64,000 bases of DNA from an uncultured Draconibacterium sp. (lineage in GTDB: Bacteria; Bacteroidota; Bacteroidia; Bacteroidales; Prolixibacteraceae). Position 1 is the first letter of the stretch. Each line of letters opens with the position of its first letter. Shown here piece after piece: positions 8,792-17,493 of this stretch. Where the stretch lies: assembly GCA_963677235.2 (NCBI GenBank), contig CAXXPP010000004.1, positions 1,505,888 to 1,569,887 of the forward strand, written 5' to 3'. The notes beneath the pieces are model-generated. The model was not told the origin of the DNA. It searched no databases and was given only the letters and a program-made list of their open reading frames with translations. The position numbers and the translations under genes are program-made.

Positions 8792-9220
8792 TTAATCAAC
8801 GGTAAATTCATTGGAATAAAAAGATTGATAACCTTCTCCATGTTCGACTATAAAACTATACTCTATTTTATAAGTACCTTTTTCAAAAGTAATGTTTAAA
8901 GTGTCTTTGTATTCAGTTTGTGGTTCAAGTGCTCCACAACAATGCGATTGGAATCCATCACATATCGGTCCCCAAAAACCTGTCCATTCATCATTTTCAA
9001 GTATCCAAATCGATGGTGGTATTCCGTCATAGGAACTACATACATAATAACTTAATTCAGTTTCATAATGATTTGAGATTTCTAAATAAACAGACTCATT
9101 GGAAGAATAAGACACCTTGTTTGTGCTTATTAATAAATTCTGATTGTCATTTTTTTCTTTGTCGCAACTTATAGAACCAATCAAAAAAATTAAGCCCAGA
9201 ATGAATTTTATTTTTTTCAT
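8792..9220 (-). CDS. Cassette 6: hypothetical lipoprotein (possible Ig-like fold)
   Basis: MKKIKFILGLIFLIGSISC lipobox; C-terminal GTYKI...YSNEFTV resembles a beta-sandwich. Confidence 0.65.
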   Translation of the reverse strand: MKKIKFILGLIFLIGSISCDKEKNDNQNLLISTNKVSYSSNESVYLEISNHYETELSYYVCSSYDGIPPSIWILENDEWTGFWGPICDGFQSHCCGALEPQTEYKDTLNITFEKGTYKIEYSFIVEHGEGYQSFYSNEFTVD

Positions 9221-9297
9221 GTCTTTGTTCGTTAGTTAATTATTGACTGTTTATTAGATGTGTTTTTTATACTAATGGTTGCGTTTTCAAACTGCCC

Positions 9298-9428
9298 GCT
9301 AACGGTTGGTACATGTTGTCGGGGCGGATTTCGGAGAGCGTTCCTGTCCGAAGGACACGGAACTGCGAAACGAGAATCCACAGTTGGCGTACCACCGAAC
9401 CCCGCCCTGCAATATGTACTTTGTTGGC
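9298..9428 (-). repeat. attC-like site, family A (131 bp)
   Basis: GCTAAC...GTTGGC; family A body. Confidence 0.85.
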
Positions 9429-9438
9429 GTTTCGTTGT

Positions 9439-10575
9439 TTATTTAAGTTCTACAATCATTAAAATGGGATTATCGTTATATTTCACATTATTTGCCCAAT
9501 TATTTTGTTTTTTAAAATCTTCATCCCCAAAAGATTCATTGTAGGGATAAGCTACTGAAATTACTGAATTGTCATTTAATTTTAAACTTGGTAAAAAATC
9601 AGGACCATTGTCAAAATCATTTTCTAATCCAATCCACTTCTGGTTTTCGTTTATTTTGGGTTCATGGTAATAAGTATTTCCAGTTTCTTTATTGCAGTAT
9701 ATAAATCCTTTATTTACCTTGGTTATCACATAATTGTTTAATTCTATTACGTCTAATATTTCAAGTAAATTCGTAGCCTTTCTTTTTTTTCCTTGAAATC
9801 CGGATTCATCATTAAATGCAGGAGAGTTTTTATATTTACCAAGGTACAATGTCATATAAGGTGAAATTTCCAAATTTGAATTAACGCTATAAATCGTATC
9901 GCACCATTTGTCTTTAAAGAAAAGTTTATCTTCTTTTTGATAAAGAATAACAGATAAATAATTAAGTCCAATTTTTAAATTAGGGTCACGGTTATGCTTA
10001 AAACTTTTTATTAATTTTCCTTTAGAATCTGTTACATTAAAAAGTATTTTTCTGCTATCGTAATCACAACTCATATTTGTAAAAGCAATATTGCCGTTAA
10101 ATGGACATATTCTGATAGCCCAAAATTCAGTTTTGAATTCATATTTAGGAATATACATTTTGTCGTAAACAACTACTTTTTCAGCACGGGGGTCTACTGC
10201 AAATATTAGGTCATTTTTATCTGAATAACATATATCGAGTACCTGTATTACTTCATGTGGTCCTTTGCCAATGTCAATGAATTTTGATAGGTATTTACCT
10301 TTCATATCAAATACATAACAGTGTTGGTAATCATATACCAAAATATTATCATTCCTGATAATCACTTTTTCAATATCTTCACCCAGTAAACATTCTGGTT
10401 TAGTCTCAAGTGGTAAATAAGTTATACTCTTTGCAATGTCACTTAATTTAGGAGTTTGATGTTTTTTCATTGCTTCTTCCAAGTTAATTTTAAGAATAGA
10501 ATTTTGACAATTTCCTCCTATTGTTGAGATAAATAGAATAAGCAACACAACTATATTTTTCTTTAGCATAGTCAT
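9439..10575 (-). CDS. Cassette 7: 6-bladed beta-propeller protein (DUF4934-like)
   Basis: Signal peptide; LSDIAKSITYLPLET, FDMKGKYL..IGKGPHE, LENDFDNGPDF and terminal DNPIL, typical of this Bacteroidota family. Confidence 0.8.
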   Translation of the reverse strand: MTMLKKNIVVLLILFISTIGGNCQNSILKINLEEAMKKHQTPKLSDIAKSITYLPLETKPECLLGEDIEKVIIRNDNILVYDYQHCYVFDMKGKYLSKFIDIGKGPHEVIQVLDICYSDKNDLIFAVDPRAEKVVVYDKMYIPKYEFKTEFWAIRICPFNGNIAFTNMSCDYDSRKILFNVTDSKGKLIKSFKHNRDPNLKIGLNYLSVILYQKEDKLFFKDKWCDTIYSVNSNLEISPYMTLYLGKYKNSPAFNDESGFQGKKRKATNLLEILDVIELNNYVITKVNKGFIYCNKETGNTYYHEPKINENQKWIGLENDFDNGPDFLPSLKLNDNSVISVAYPYNESFGDEDFKKQNNWANNVKYNDNPILMIVELK

Positions 10576-10636
10576 AATTTTATATCATTTAAAAATGTGC
10601 TTCATATTTACAATGTTTTGTTTTCTTACAATGAAC

Positions 10637-10767
10637 GCCAACGGTGGTGGTATGAGGTCGTGGCGGTCAGACTCTCGTCTGACCAGTCCGACCGAAACTG
10701 AGGTTGGGACGAGATTCGACTTGTCGAATCCGCACAAACCCAGCCATGCCTTATACCACGTGTTAGC
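10637..10767 (-). repeat. attC-like site, family B (131 bp)
   Basis: GCCAAC...GTTAGC. The cassette 8 stop codon lies inside the core (TGC TAA C). Confidence 0.85.
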
Positions 10768-12247
10768 AACTGTGTTTTTTCTTTAATTTATTCAAATAGT
10801 CATCTGTTATTTGTTCAAATATTAATTCTAAGCCATATGTTAGTTTATCAAAAACAAGTTCTATAATAAAATCTGAGGTTATCCAAATTCTACCTGTCCA
10901 CTTGTCCTTATTTACCAATTCTTTTTCATCGGCTTCAAAAACACTTTTACCATTTAAATCGTCCCCAAATACTGCTGCACATTTGTTAATTAAATTTTCC
11001 CATTCAATGTAAAAATTGAAGTATGAAAAATTTTTATGTACCTGTCTTAAGAATATTGTTTGTCTTTCCTCTTTGTGGAAAGCAACATAAAGAAAGTTGA
11101 AATAAGAAAGAATTTTGCTTTCTGGTTTGAATAAAAATAACCTAGCTTCCTCAAAGTCATGTTCTTTAATTTCGGTTATCAGATTATTATTAATTGTGTT
11201 TGTAATGGTTTTAATTACATCGGAAATATTTGAGTTACTATTTATCAATTTTGAGTAATAGTCGTAGAATTCTTGCGGAGTAAATGTTTTAGTTTCAATT
11301 TTGTATTTCTGATATAAGGCTGCTGATTTGTACAGTATTTTTTTGTCAAGTGATACTAAACAATCGCAAAATCCTGCATAAAAAGAGTGATGACTGTCGT
11401 TTGTGAAGTTGGTATATAAATTCTTCTTATTTAGCTTGTCGGGATGAAAACCAGACATGTCTAGATTACCGTATTCTACTGCGTATTTGGCAAAGTGACT
11501 ATTTATGTAATTGTTTGTTTCATCTAAGTTAATTGAACTAAGTTGTTCAAAATCCATATTGTAAATAGAGTTCTTAAATATTTTATTTAGTTCGTCAATA
11601 GGGTTTTCGAAGTTCGAAACTTCCCTTGGTTGCAAGTTTAATTGTGTTCTTAAAAGTTCTCCAAGAGAATTGTAAATGTCTGGGTTTTGTTTTAACTCTT
11701 TATAAAAGTCTGAAAAGTCAAGCATCATGTTATACATGTTATTCTCTGCTTGTGTTCGCTTAAAATATTTGTCGTAGAATTCTCTAGCACCTTCATATTT
11801 GTCAGCATCGGATATAAATTTTAAATCGATGGGGGTCTTTTTCCAAGTCTCTGTTATAGTTTTTCCAAAATTCGGTAATAACGGATTATCTGATTTTTCA
11901 AGATTTAAAGGATTAAAAAAATCGTCGTATTCGTTTTTAACCAAACTCTCAAAAAGTATGTGAGAACTGCCAATGAAAGGCTTTACTTTGCTTTTATCTA
12001 ATAAATCAACCTGGATACAATGTTGCCTACTTAATTTATCTATAAAATCTAGGTCAGTTTTTATATATTCTAAATTTCCTGGATTATCGGCGCCTTTAAT
12101 TAAATCCTGAATATGAGCAGGCGAGTATAGAAATAGAAATTCTGATTGGTTATTTTCTACCAAATCAACAATATCTGATTTTTCTTTATTTCTAATCAAG
12201 TTTTTCAGATATGAGAAAGTATTCCAATCAAGATATATTCTATACAT
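10763..12247 (-). CDS. Cassette 8: hypothetical protein with PIN-like nuclease motifs
   Basis: N-terminal IYLDWNTF...YSPAHIQD, and later DSHHSFYAGFCDCLVSLDK. Confidence 0.6.
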   Translation of the reverse strand: MYRIYLDWNTFSYLKNLIRNKEKSDIVDLVENNQSEFLFLYSPAHIQDLIKGADNPGNLEYIKTDLDFIDKLSRQHCIQVDLLDKSKVKPFIGSSHILFESLVKNEYDDFFNPLNLEKSDNPLLPNFGKTITETWKKTPIDLKFISDADKYEGAREFYDKYFKRTQAENNMYNMMLDFSDFYKELKQNPDIYNSLGELLRTQLNLQPREVSNFENPIDELNKIFKNSIYNMDFEQLSSINLDETNNYINSHFAKYAVEYGNLDMSGFHPDKLNKKNLYTNFTNDSHHSFYAGFCDCLVSLDKKILYKSAALYQKYKIETKTFTPQEFYDYYSKLINSNSNISDVIKTITNTINNNLITEIKEHDFEEARLFLFKPESKILSYFNFLYVAFHKEERQTIFLRQVHKNFSYFNFYIEWENLINKCAAVFGDDLNGKSVFEADEKELVNKDKWTGRIWITSDFIIELVFDKLTYGLELIFEQITDDYLNKLKKKHSC

Positions 12248-12267
12248 GCTTGTTTTTTAACATTGTT

Positions 12268-12398
12268 GCTAACGGTGGTGGTATGAGGTCGTGGCGGTCA
12301 GACGAGAGTCTGACCAGTCCGACCGAAACAGAGGTTGGGACGAGATTCGACTTGTCGAATCCGCACAAACCCAGCCATGCCTTATACCACGTGTTAGC
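12268..12398 (-). repeat. attC-like site, family B (131 bp), same variant as 3484-3614
   Basis: Shares the GAAACAGAGG variant only with the site at 3484. Confidence 0.88.
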
Positions 12399-12416
12399 CT
12401 TAGTTTTTTTCTTTTC

Positions 12417-12740
12417 TTAGTCAATATAAGTTTCTTTTAAAACCGACTTTAATTCTTGAATTTCAGAATCATGTAATCCTCCAAAAATCTTGATGATTCG
12501 TTGCTTGTCAATTGTACGAATTTGGTCTAAAACAATCCATCCAATTTTATTGTCATGTTTTATTTTAACTCTTGTCGGATATTTTTTAGAACTTGTTGTC
12601 ATCGGAGCAATTACAACTGTCCGCAAATATTTATTCATCTCATTGGGAGAAATTACCACACAAGGTCTGGTCTTTTTGATTTCACTCCCAATTGTCGGGT
12701 CGAGATTGACTAAAATGATTTGATATTGTTTTATTTCCAT
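12417..12740 (-). CDS. mazF: Cassette 9: PemK/MazF toxin (second copy)
   Basis: Protein identical to 3633-3956. Confidence 0.92.
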   Translation of the reverse strand: MEIKQYQIILVNLDPTIGSEIKKTRPCVVISPNEMNKYLRTVVIAPMTTSSKKYPTRVKIKHDNKIGWIVLDQIRTIDKQRIIKIFGGLHDSEIQELKSVLKETYID

Positions 12741-12976
12741 TCTTCCAGGTTTTCATCGTCAAATACATCATCAATCAATAAATTGTCATCTCCATTTTTA
12801 GCCATTTTTTCAAAAGCTTTTTCCCATCCTTTTCGGGGTTTTGAAATTGGTTTTATGATAATCTGTCCTTTATCCATTATTAAATCAACAGTGTCTTTGA
12901 TGTTGTATCTGTCAAGTAGAGTTTTGCTCAACCTAATCCCCTTTGAATTTCCGATTTTTATAACTGAAATTTCCAT
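12731..12976 (-). CDS. mazE: Cassette 9: AbrB/MazE antitoxin (second copy)
   Basis: Protein identical to 3947-4192. Confidence 0.9.
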   Translation of the reverse strand: MEISVIKIGNSKGIRLSKTLLDRYNIKDTVDLIMDKGQIIIKPISKPRKGWEKAFEKMAKNGDDNLLIDDVFDDENLEEWK

Positions 12977-13037
12977 AACTGAATTTTTAAATGTGTAATT
13001 ACAAAGTTATAACATTTTGTCGAATTTCAAAATTAAG

Positions 13038-13168
13038 GCTAACGGTATTGCGGTATGAAACGGTTGGGAGAGCGGGCTGCGTTCGTATCCACCGTTGCAA
13101 AAAGTTGATGCGTGGCAGGATGCTCGAATAACCACTTCACCCCAAATGTTTTATGACCGCATGTTATG
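13038..13168 (-). repeat. attC-like site, family D (131 bp)
   Basis: GCTAAC-GGTATT-GCGGTATGAAACGGTTGGG...CCCAAATGTTTTATGACCGC-AT-GTTATG; single copy. Confidence 0.8.
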
Positions 13169-13180
13169 GCTAGTTTGTTA

Positions 13181-14551
13181 TTAATCAATTATTTGCCCTT
13201 CCTTATCAATCTTAAAAATTATTGGAAATGTTTCATCCTCATATGTATCCCAAAAGTCGCTATTTTTTATTGTTGCAAGTATTAAAGTATTTTGTCCAGA
13301 GATGCAAACTGAATTTATTTGAAAATCAATGTTCTCAATTAATGTAAATTGTTTAATTATCTCTCCAGTTTTGGTTAAAATAAATACATCTTTATCATGG
13401 AAAATAACACTTCTATCATTATATTCTCTTAATAATATTTTATCATTGAAAGTATTCCAATCAGGATATGAATCACCAAGATTGATTCGCTGATGCCACT
13501 CAAAATCTAGATCTGATGAAATTCTCACAATATTGAGATAGCTATAACACCCACCGCAAGACCATTCTATATCAAATCCATACATTATATAGCCAGAATC
13601 AGAATTCAAGATGTTTTCACAATATACATTAGGAATTGCCAATTTAATTTCGTTATTATTATCTAGATTTCTTTTTTCAATGGAGATTTTAGCAGTATCA
13701 TATGGATAATCATAATATTCATCATTATTGAATAGCATTAGATATTCCTTGTCGCTTATAAACATTGCATCTAAACATTTTTTATCTGAATTTTCATTAT
13801 CATATAACTGCTCCCTTATAATTCTATCACCTGAATTAGTACGATTTTCATACTCAACTTCATAGGAATTCCTTCCAACTAGATAGTAGTCATTATTAGA
13901 GGTAGCTAAAATATGTCCTTTGTAAAAAAATGAAAAGCCTCTTTTAGTTAAAGTTGTAGCACTTAGGTCAATTTTAGCAAATCCATCATTTTCTAATAGT
14001 ATGAAATTATTATCAGAATCCATTTGTAAATCAACAACATCAACGTAGGTATCAAAATGATTTGGTTGTTTTGCAAATAATTCATGTCCATCATTTATTT
14101 TATGTAAAAATAAACCATATCCAGAACCACCAGAACCGCCCTCTGTAAATACATAATTATCTGAATTATTCTCAAAAATCCATATACCTTTCCTGTAATC
14201 CTGTTTATTTCCAACAATTTGTCCAAAAACCTTTACATAAAATATGCAATCACTTTCTTTATCACCATTGTCCACTTTAACTTTTACAGAATAAAGACCA
14301 TTCGAAGAATATGAATGATAACTACTTTTCTCTGTTGAGTTATATCCATCACCAAAATCCCAATCATATGTTATATTCTTATTATCAGAATAAGCTGAAA
14401 ATTCCATCTTTGTCTCAACAGGTAACAAAACTGTATCGCCACAATTTATCCAATAAGGAGAAGAAACTCTTACTTCTGGTGGAAGCATATCAAAATCCTT
14501 GTTACAAGAAAAAAGAACAATGGTAAATAATATAATTACTGAATATTTCAT
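13181..14551 (-). CDS. Cassette 10: PKD-domain lipoprotein
   Basis: Lipobox LFSC; YDWDFGDG...HSYSSNGLYSVKV PKD motif. Confidence 0.8.
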   Translation of the reverse strand: MKYSVIILFTIVLFSCNKDFDMLPPEVRVSSPYWINCGDTVLLPVETKMEFSAYSDNKNITYDWDFGDGYNSTEKSSYHSYSSNGLYSVKVKVDNGDKESDCIFYVKVFGQIVGNKQDYRKGIWIFENNSDNYVFTEGGSGGSGYGLFLHKINDGHELFAKQPNHFDTYVDVVDLQMDSDNNFILLENDGFAKIDLSATTLTKRGFSFFYKGHILATSNNDYYLVGRNSYEVEYENRTNSGDRIIREQLYDNENSDKKCLDAMFISDKEYLMLFNNDEYYDYPYDTAKISIEKRNLDNNNEIKLAIPNVYCENILNSDSGYIMYGFDIEWSCGGCYSYLNIVRISSDLDFEWHQRINLGDSYPDWNTFNDKILLREYNDRSVIFHDKDVFILTKTGEIIKQFTLIENIDFQINSVCISGQNTLILATIKNSDFWDTYEDETFPIIFKIDKEGQIID

Positions 14552-14552
14552 A

Positions 14553-15134
14553 TTAAAAGTAAAATCTAAGAATTAAACCTGTATCTGTTAATAAATAACT
14601 TGATTTGCTATCTTCGGAATCATATGTATCCTGATTATCCTTTTGAGTTGATTTGAAATAAAACAATCCAATTTCACCAGCAATGCTAAAATGATTCCCA
14701 AAAAGATATTCCCCTCCAATGGATGGACCAATAGATAATCTAGTTTCTCTTTCCTGAAGTTTTTCACTTCCATAATCATACCTGTCTCGTTCCTCATAAA
14801 CATTGTCATAACCAACTTTAAATCCTAAATGAATCAATGTTCTTTCCTTTTTCAATAAAAAATAATTCCCTAATCCAAGATGGTATCCAGTACTTTGGTA
14901 ATCATCTCTTTTATACCTAATTAAACCAAAAACAGGTTCAATACGATATGTGGATTTGTAATTATAAGTAAAGATTATTTTGTTTGAGGGTATAATCGAG
15001 CTATTTAAACCTAAATCAATTAATTTAAATTGCTCAACATGTAATCCAATTCCAAATTTTCTAATTGAATCCTGTTGCGCATACCCTAATGTTATAATAC
15101 AGAGTAATAAAGATGTTATTAAAAGCTTTCTCAT
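14553..15134 (-). CDS. Cassette 10: outer-membrane beta-barrel protein
   Basis: Signal peptide, amphipathic beta strands, GGEYLFGNHFSIAGE and terminal LRFYF. Confidence 0.75.
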   Translation of the reverse strand: MRKLLITSLLLCIITLGYAQQDSIRKFGIGLHVEQFKLIDLGLNSSIIPSNKIIFTYNYKSTYRIEPVFGLIRYKRDDYQSTGYHLGLGNYFLLKKERTLIHLGFKVGYDNVYEERDRYDYGSEKLQERETRLSIGPSIGGEYLFGNHFSIAGEIGLFYFKSTQKDNQDTYDSEDSKSSYLLTDTGLILRFYF

Positions 15135-15180
15135 ATTTATATTTGTTTATTTGTTTGCAGAATGTTTTGTCAAAATTAGC

Positions 15181-15311
15181 CATAACGGTTGGTACATGTT
15201 GTCGGGGCGGATTTCGAAGAGCGTTCCTGTCCAAAGGACAAGGAATTGCGAAACGGGAATCCGCAGTTGGCGTACCACCGAACCCAGCCCTGCAATATGT
15301 ACTTTGTTATG
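15181..15311 (-). repeat. attC-like site, family A (131 bp, divergent)
   Basis: CATAAC...GTTATG; family A body with substitutions. Confidence 0.85.
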
Positions 15312-15341
15312 GGCAGTTGTTTATTTTTTATTTTCAAGTTT

Positions 15342-16343
15342 TTAATCAATAGTCGATAAGTATTTTTCTATTTTAGGTGAATATCCAATATTATAATCTC
15401 CAATACTGTCAGAGTAAATAATAAAATAAATCAAGTCAGGAACTTTTTTCTTAAACTCGTTAAAACCTTCTGTCCCCATTGACATAATAGCCGTTGCAAT
15501 CCCATCGGCAGTAATACATTCTTTTGCCAAAACGGTCGCACTTAATATATTTTGACCAGCAGGATACCCTGTTTTGGGATTAATTGTATGCGCATATTTT
15601 TTCCCATCTTTGATATAATAATTTCTATAATCTCCAGAAGTTGCAAGTCCCATTCTTTCCGTAATATGCAATGTTTGATTAATGATTTCCTCTTGAAATC
15701 CTATGTTGTCATCAATTGGTTTAGTTATTGCAACAGTCCATGGTTTTCCTTTCGGATTGACTCCTTTCATGGACATTTCGCCTCCTATCTCAATCAAGTA
15801 ATTTTCAATTCCGTTTTTGTCAAATAAGTTTGCAACCAAATCGCAGATGCAACCGTCTCCTAAAGCTGAAAAGTTGAGAAGTATTCTTGGGTCATCTTTA
15901 ATTATTTCATTATTCTTCAATTTTACTTTTCGATATCCAACAAAAGTGAGTAAACTATCTATCGTTTTGGGTGTTACACTGTCCATTTTAGAAAAACCAA
16001 ATCCCCATAAATTAATTAATGGGGCACAAGTGACATCAAACATTCCATCAGACAATTCCGATATTTGTTGTGCTTTTTGAAATGATTTTATAAAAATTGA
16101 ATCAACCTCAACTTTTTTGTTTTGATTCACCTGTGAAATTATTGAAAGAGAATCAAATGGATTTAGAGAATGATAATATTTTCTAAATTCATTTTGTACT
16201 AATTTTTCCACACTATTTGGATTATTACTTTTAAAAGTAATATGATAAGGAGCATGGGTTACTCCACTTAATTTGTGGTAATTGTCATGACAACTCTCAA
16301 ATAAAAGAATAATTGCGATTATAAAGTAAAATCTTATTTTCAT
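15342..16343 (-). CDS. apbE: Cassette 11: FAD:protein FMN transferase
   Basis: Lipobox; FDVTCAPLINLWGFG, EIGGE, ATSGDYRNY, HTINPKTGYP, ADGIATA. Confidence 0.9.
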   Translation of the reverse strand: MKIRFYFIIAIILLFESCHDNYHKLSGVTHAPYHITFKSNNPNSVEKLVQNEFRKYYHSLNPFDSLSIISQVNQNKKVEVDSIFIKSFQKAQQISELSDGMFDVTCAPLINLWGFGFSKMDSVTPKTIDSLLTFVGYRKVKLKNNEIIKDDPRILLNFSALGDGCICDLVANLFDKNGIENYLIEIGGEMSMKGVNPKGKPWTVAITKPIDDNIGFQEEIINQTLHITERMGLATSGDYRNYYIKDGKKYAHTINPKTGYPAGQNILSATVLAKECITADGIATAIMSMGTEGFNEFKKKVPDLIYFIIYSDSIGDYNIGYSPKIEKYLSTID

Positions 16344-16380
16344 TAATAATCAGAGTTTTGCAGGTTTTGTTTCAATTGCC

Positions 16381-16511
16381 CATAACGGTTGGTACATGTT
16401 GCCGGGGCGGATTTCGGAGAGCGTTCCTGTCCGAAGGACACGGAACTGCGATGCGAGAATCCGCAGTTGGCGTACCACCAAACCCCGCCCTGCAATATGT
16501 ACTGTGTTAGC
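16381..16511 (-). repeat. attC-like site, family A (131 bp)
   Basis: CATAAC...GTTAGC. The cassette 12 stop codon lies inside the core. Confidence 0.85.
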
Positions 16512-17472
16512 TTCCGTTTTTCATTCTTTCTTTTAATATTTTTTTTCTTGTTTTCGAATCAGCAAATGCAAGTTCATCATATTCATTCATGTGATTTGTA
16601 TCAATTAAAAGTTTTTTGTCATTATTTTTAAGGAATGAAAATTCCTCAATTAATGGTTTAAAGAACTCCACTCCATATTTACCAAGTCCATTGTAAAATA
16701 ATAAAGTCAGCTCATAACTAGATAATAATGCGCGTAAAAGACTTGAATATTTAAATTTCTCCTCTGGGGTAATTTCTTCAGAATTTTTCACAAATTTTAA
16801 AATGTGGTACAAATTTCTGAAGTAATGTCCTAAATCTGCTTGATGCTTATCAAAGAATTCCATGTATGAAGTTAGAATTTTATCTAATGGAACATTCTTA
16901 TTTAAATTTCCAGAAAACCTTTGGTAGAAAATTTTAAAGCAGTCTCTACCTTGTTCGGATATTGCCATTTCACCTGTACCTCTTACTTTTTTTCTCATGT
17001 CAATGCCATTGACAATTTCCTGATGATTACGTAATAATTGAAAAAAAGTATTTTCAAATCTTTGTTGGCGTAAGGTTCTATTTTGTTCAATCATTTCCTG
17101 TTTTTGCCCTTTAATCTCAAGTCGAGTATATTTAACTTCCAACTGACTAAACATTAATTCCATTTGTTGATTAAGTAACTGTTGTTTTTGTCCTAAGAAG
17201 GCAACATAAATGAAAAATAGTCCGGCTAATGACCATATCGAAGCAACAGCTCCTCCTAAAAAGTCTCCGAGTAAATTTAGCTCAAATGAACCATTGCATT
17301 TATAATCAATTAACCCATAAGCAGAAATCAGAAATCCAATAATTACAAAGCTCCAAGCCCAGAAAGTATAGATTTTAACTTGTTTCTCCAGTTTTGATAT
17401 TTTATTTTCAAAATCTACTTTTTTTAGTTCACTTTTCTCTTCTGCTTTTTTTATTTCATTTTCTAGTGTCAT
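16507..17472 (-). CDS. Cassette 12: putative phage abortive infection protein (putative AbiC-like, 2 TM)
   Basis: GDFLGG TM region; QQRFENTFFQLL, GRDCF, LGHYFRNLYHILKFV, LRALLSSYEL.LLFYN. Start moved to ATG 17472 inside the cassette. Confidence 0.78.
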   Translation of the reverse strand: MTLENEIKKAEEKSELKKVDFENKISKLEKQVKIYTFWAWSFVIIGFLISAYGLIDYKCNGSFELNLLGDFLGGAVASIWSLAGLFFIYVAFLGQKQQLLNQQMELMFSQLEVKYTRLEIKGQKQEMIEQNRTLRQQRFENTFFQLLRNHQEIVNGIDMRKKVRGTGEMAISEQGRDCFKIFYQRFSGNLNKNVPLDKILTSYMEFFDKHQADLGHYFRNLYHILKFVKNSEEITPEEKFKYSSLLRALLSSYELTLLFYNGLGKYGVEFFKPLIEEFSFLKNNDKKLLIDTNHMNEYDELAFADSKTRKKILKERMKNGS

Positions 17473-17493
17473 AGGCTGTTTTTCAAAATGGAA

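Noticed and set aside
2365-16511. Repeats interpreted as a CRISPR array
   Set aside because: The repeats are 131-191 bp, the intervening segments are 0.5-2.3 kb and mostly gene-bearing, and no cas genes are present.
2365-16511. Repeats interpreted as REP/MITE elements or simple terminators
   Set aside because: I saw them only in the array, all in one orientation and one per unit. There are no target duplications or T-tails, and their outer bases pair with the far end of the adjacent cassette.
2373-16631. Recurrent plus-strand ORFs such as MRSWRSD..., MVHVVG... and ...LTVGTCCRGGF...
   Set aside because: They are translations of the repeat families and have no independent coding evidence.
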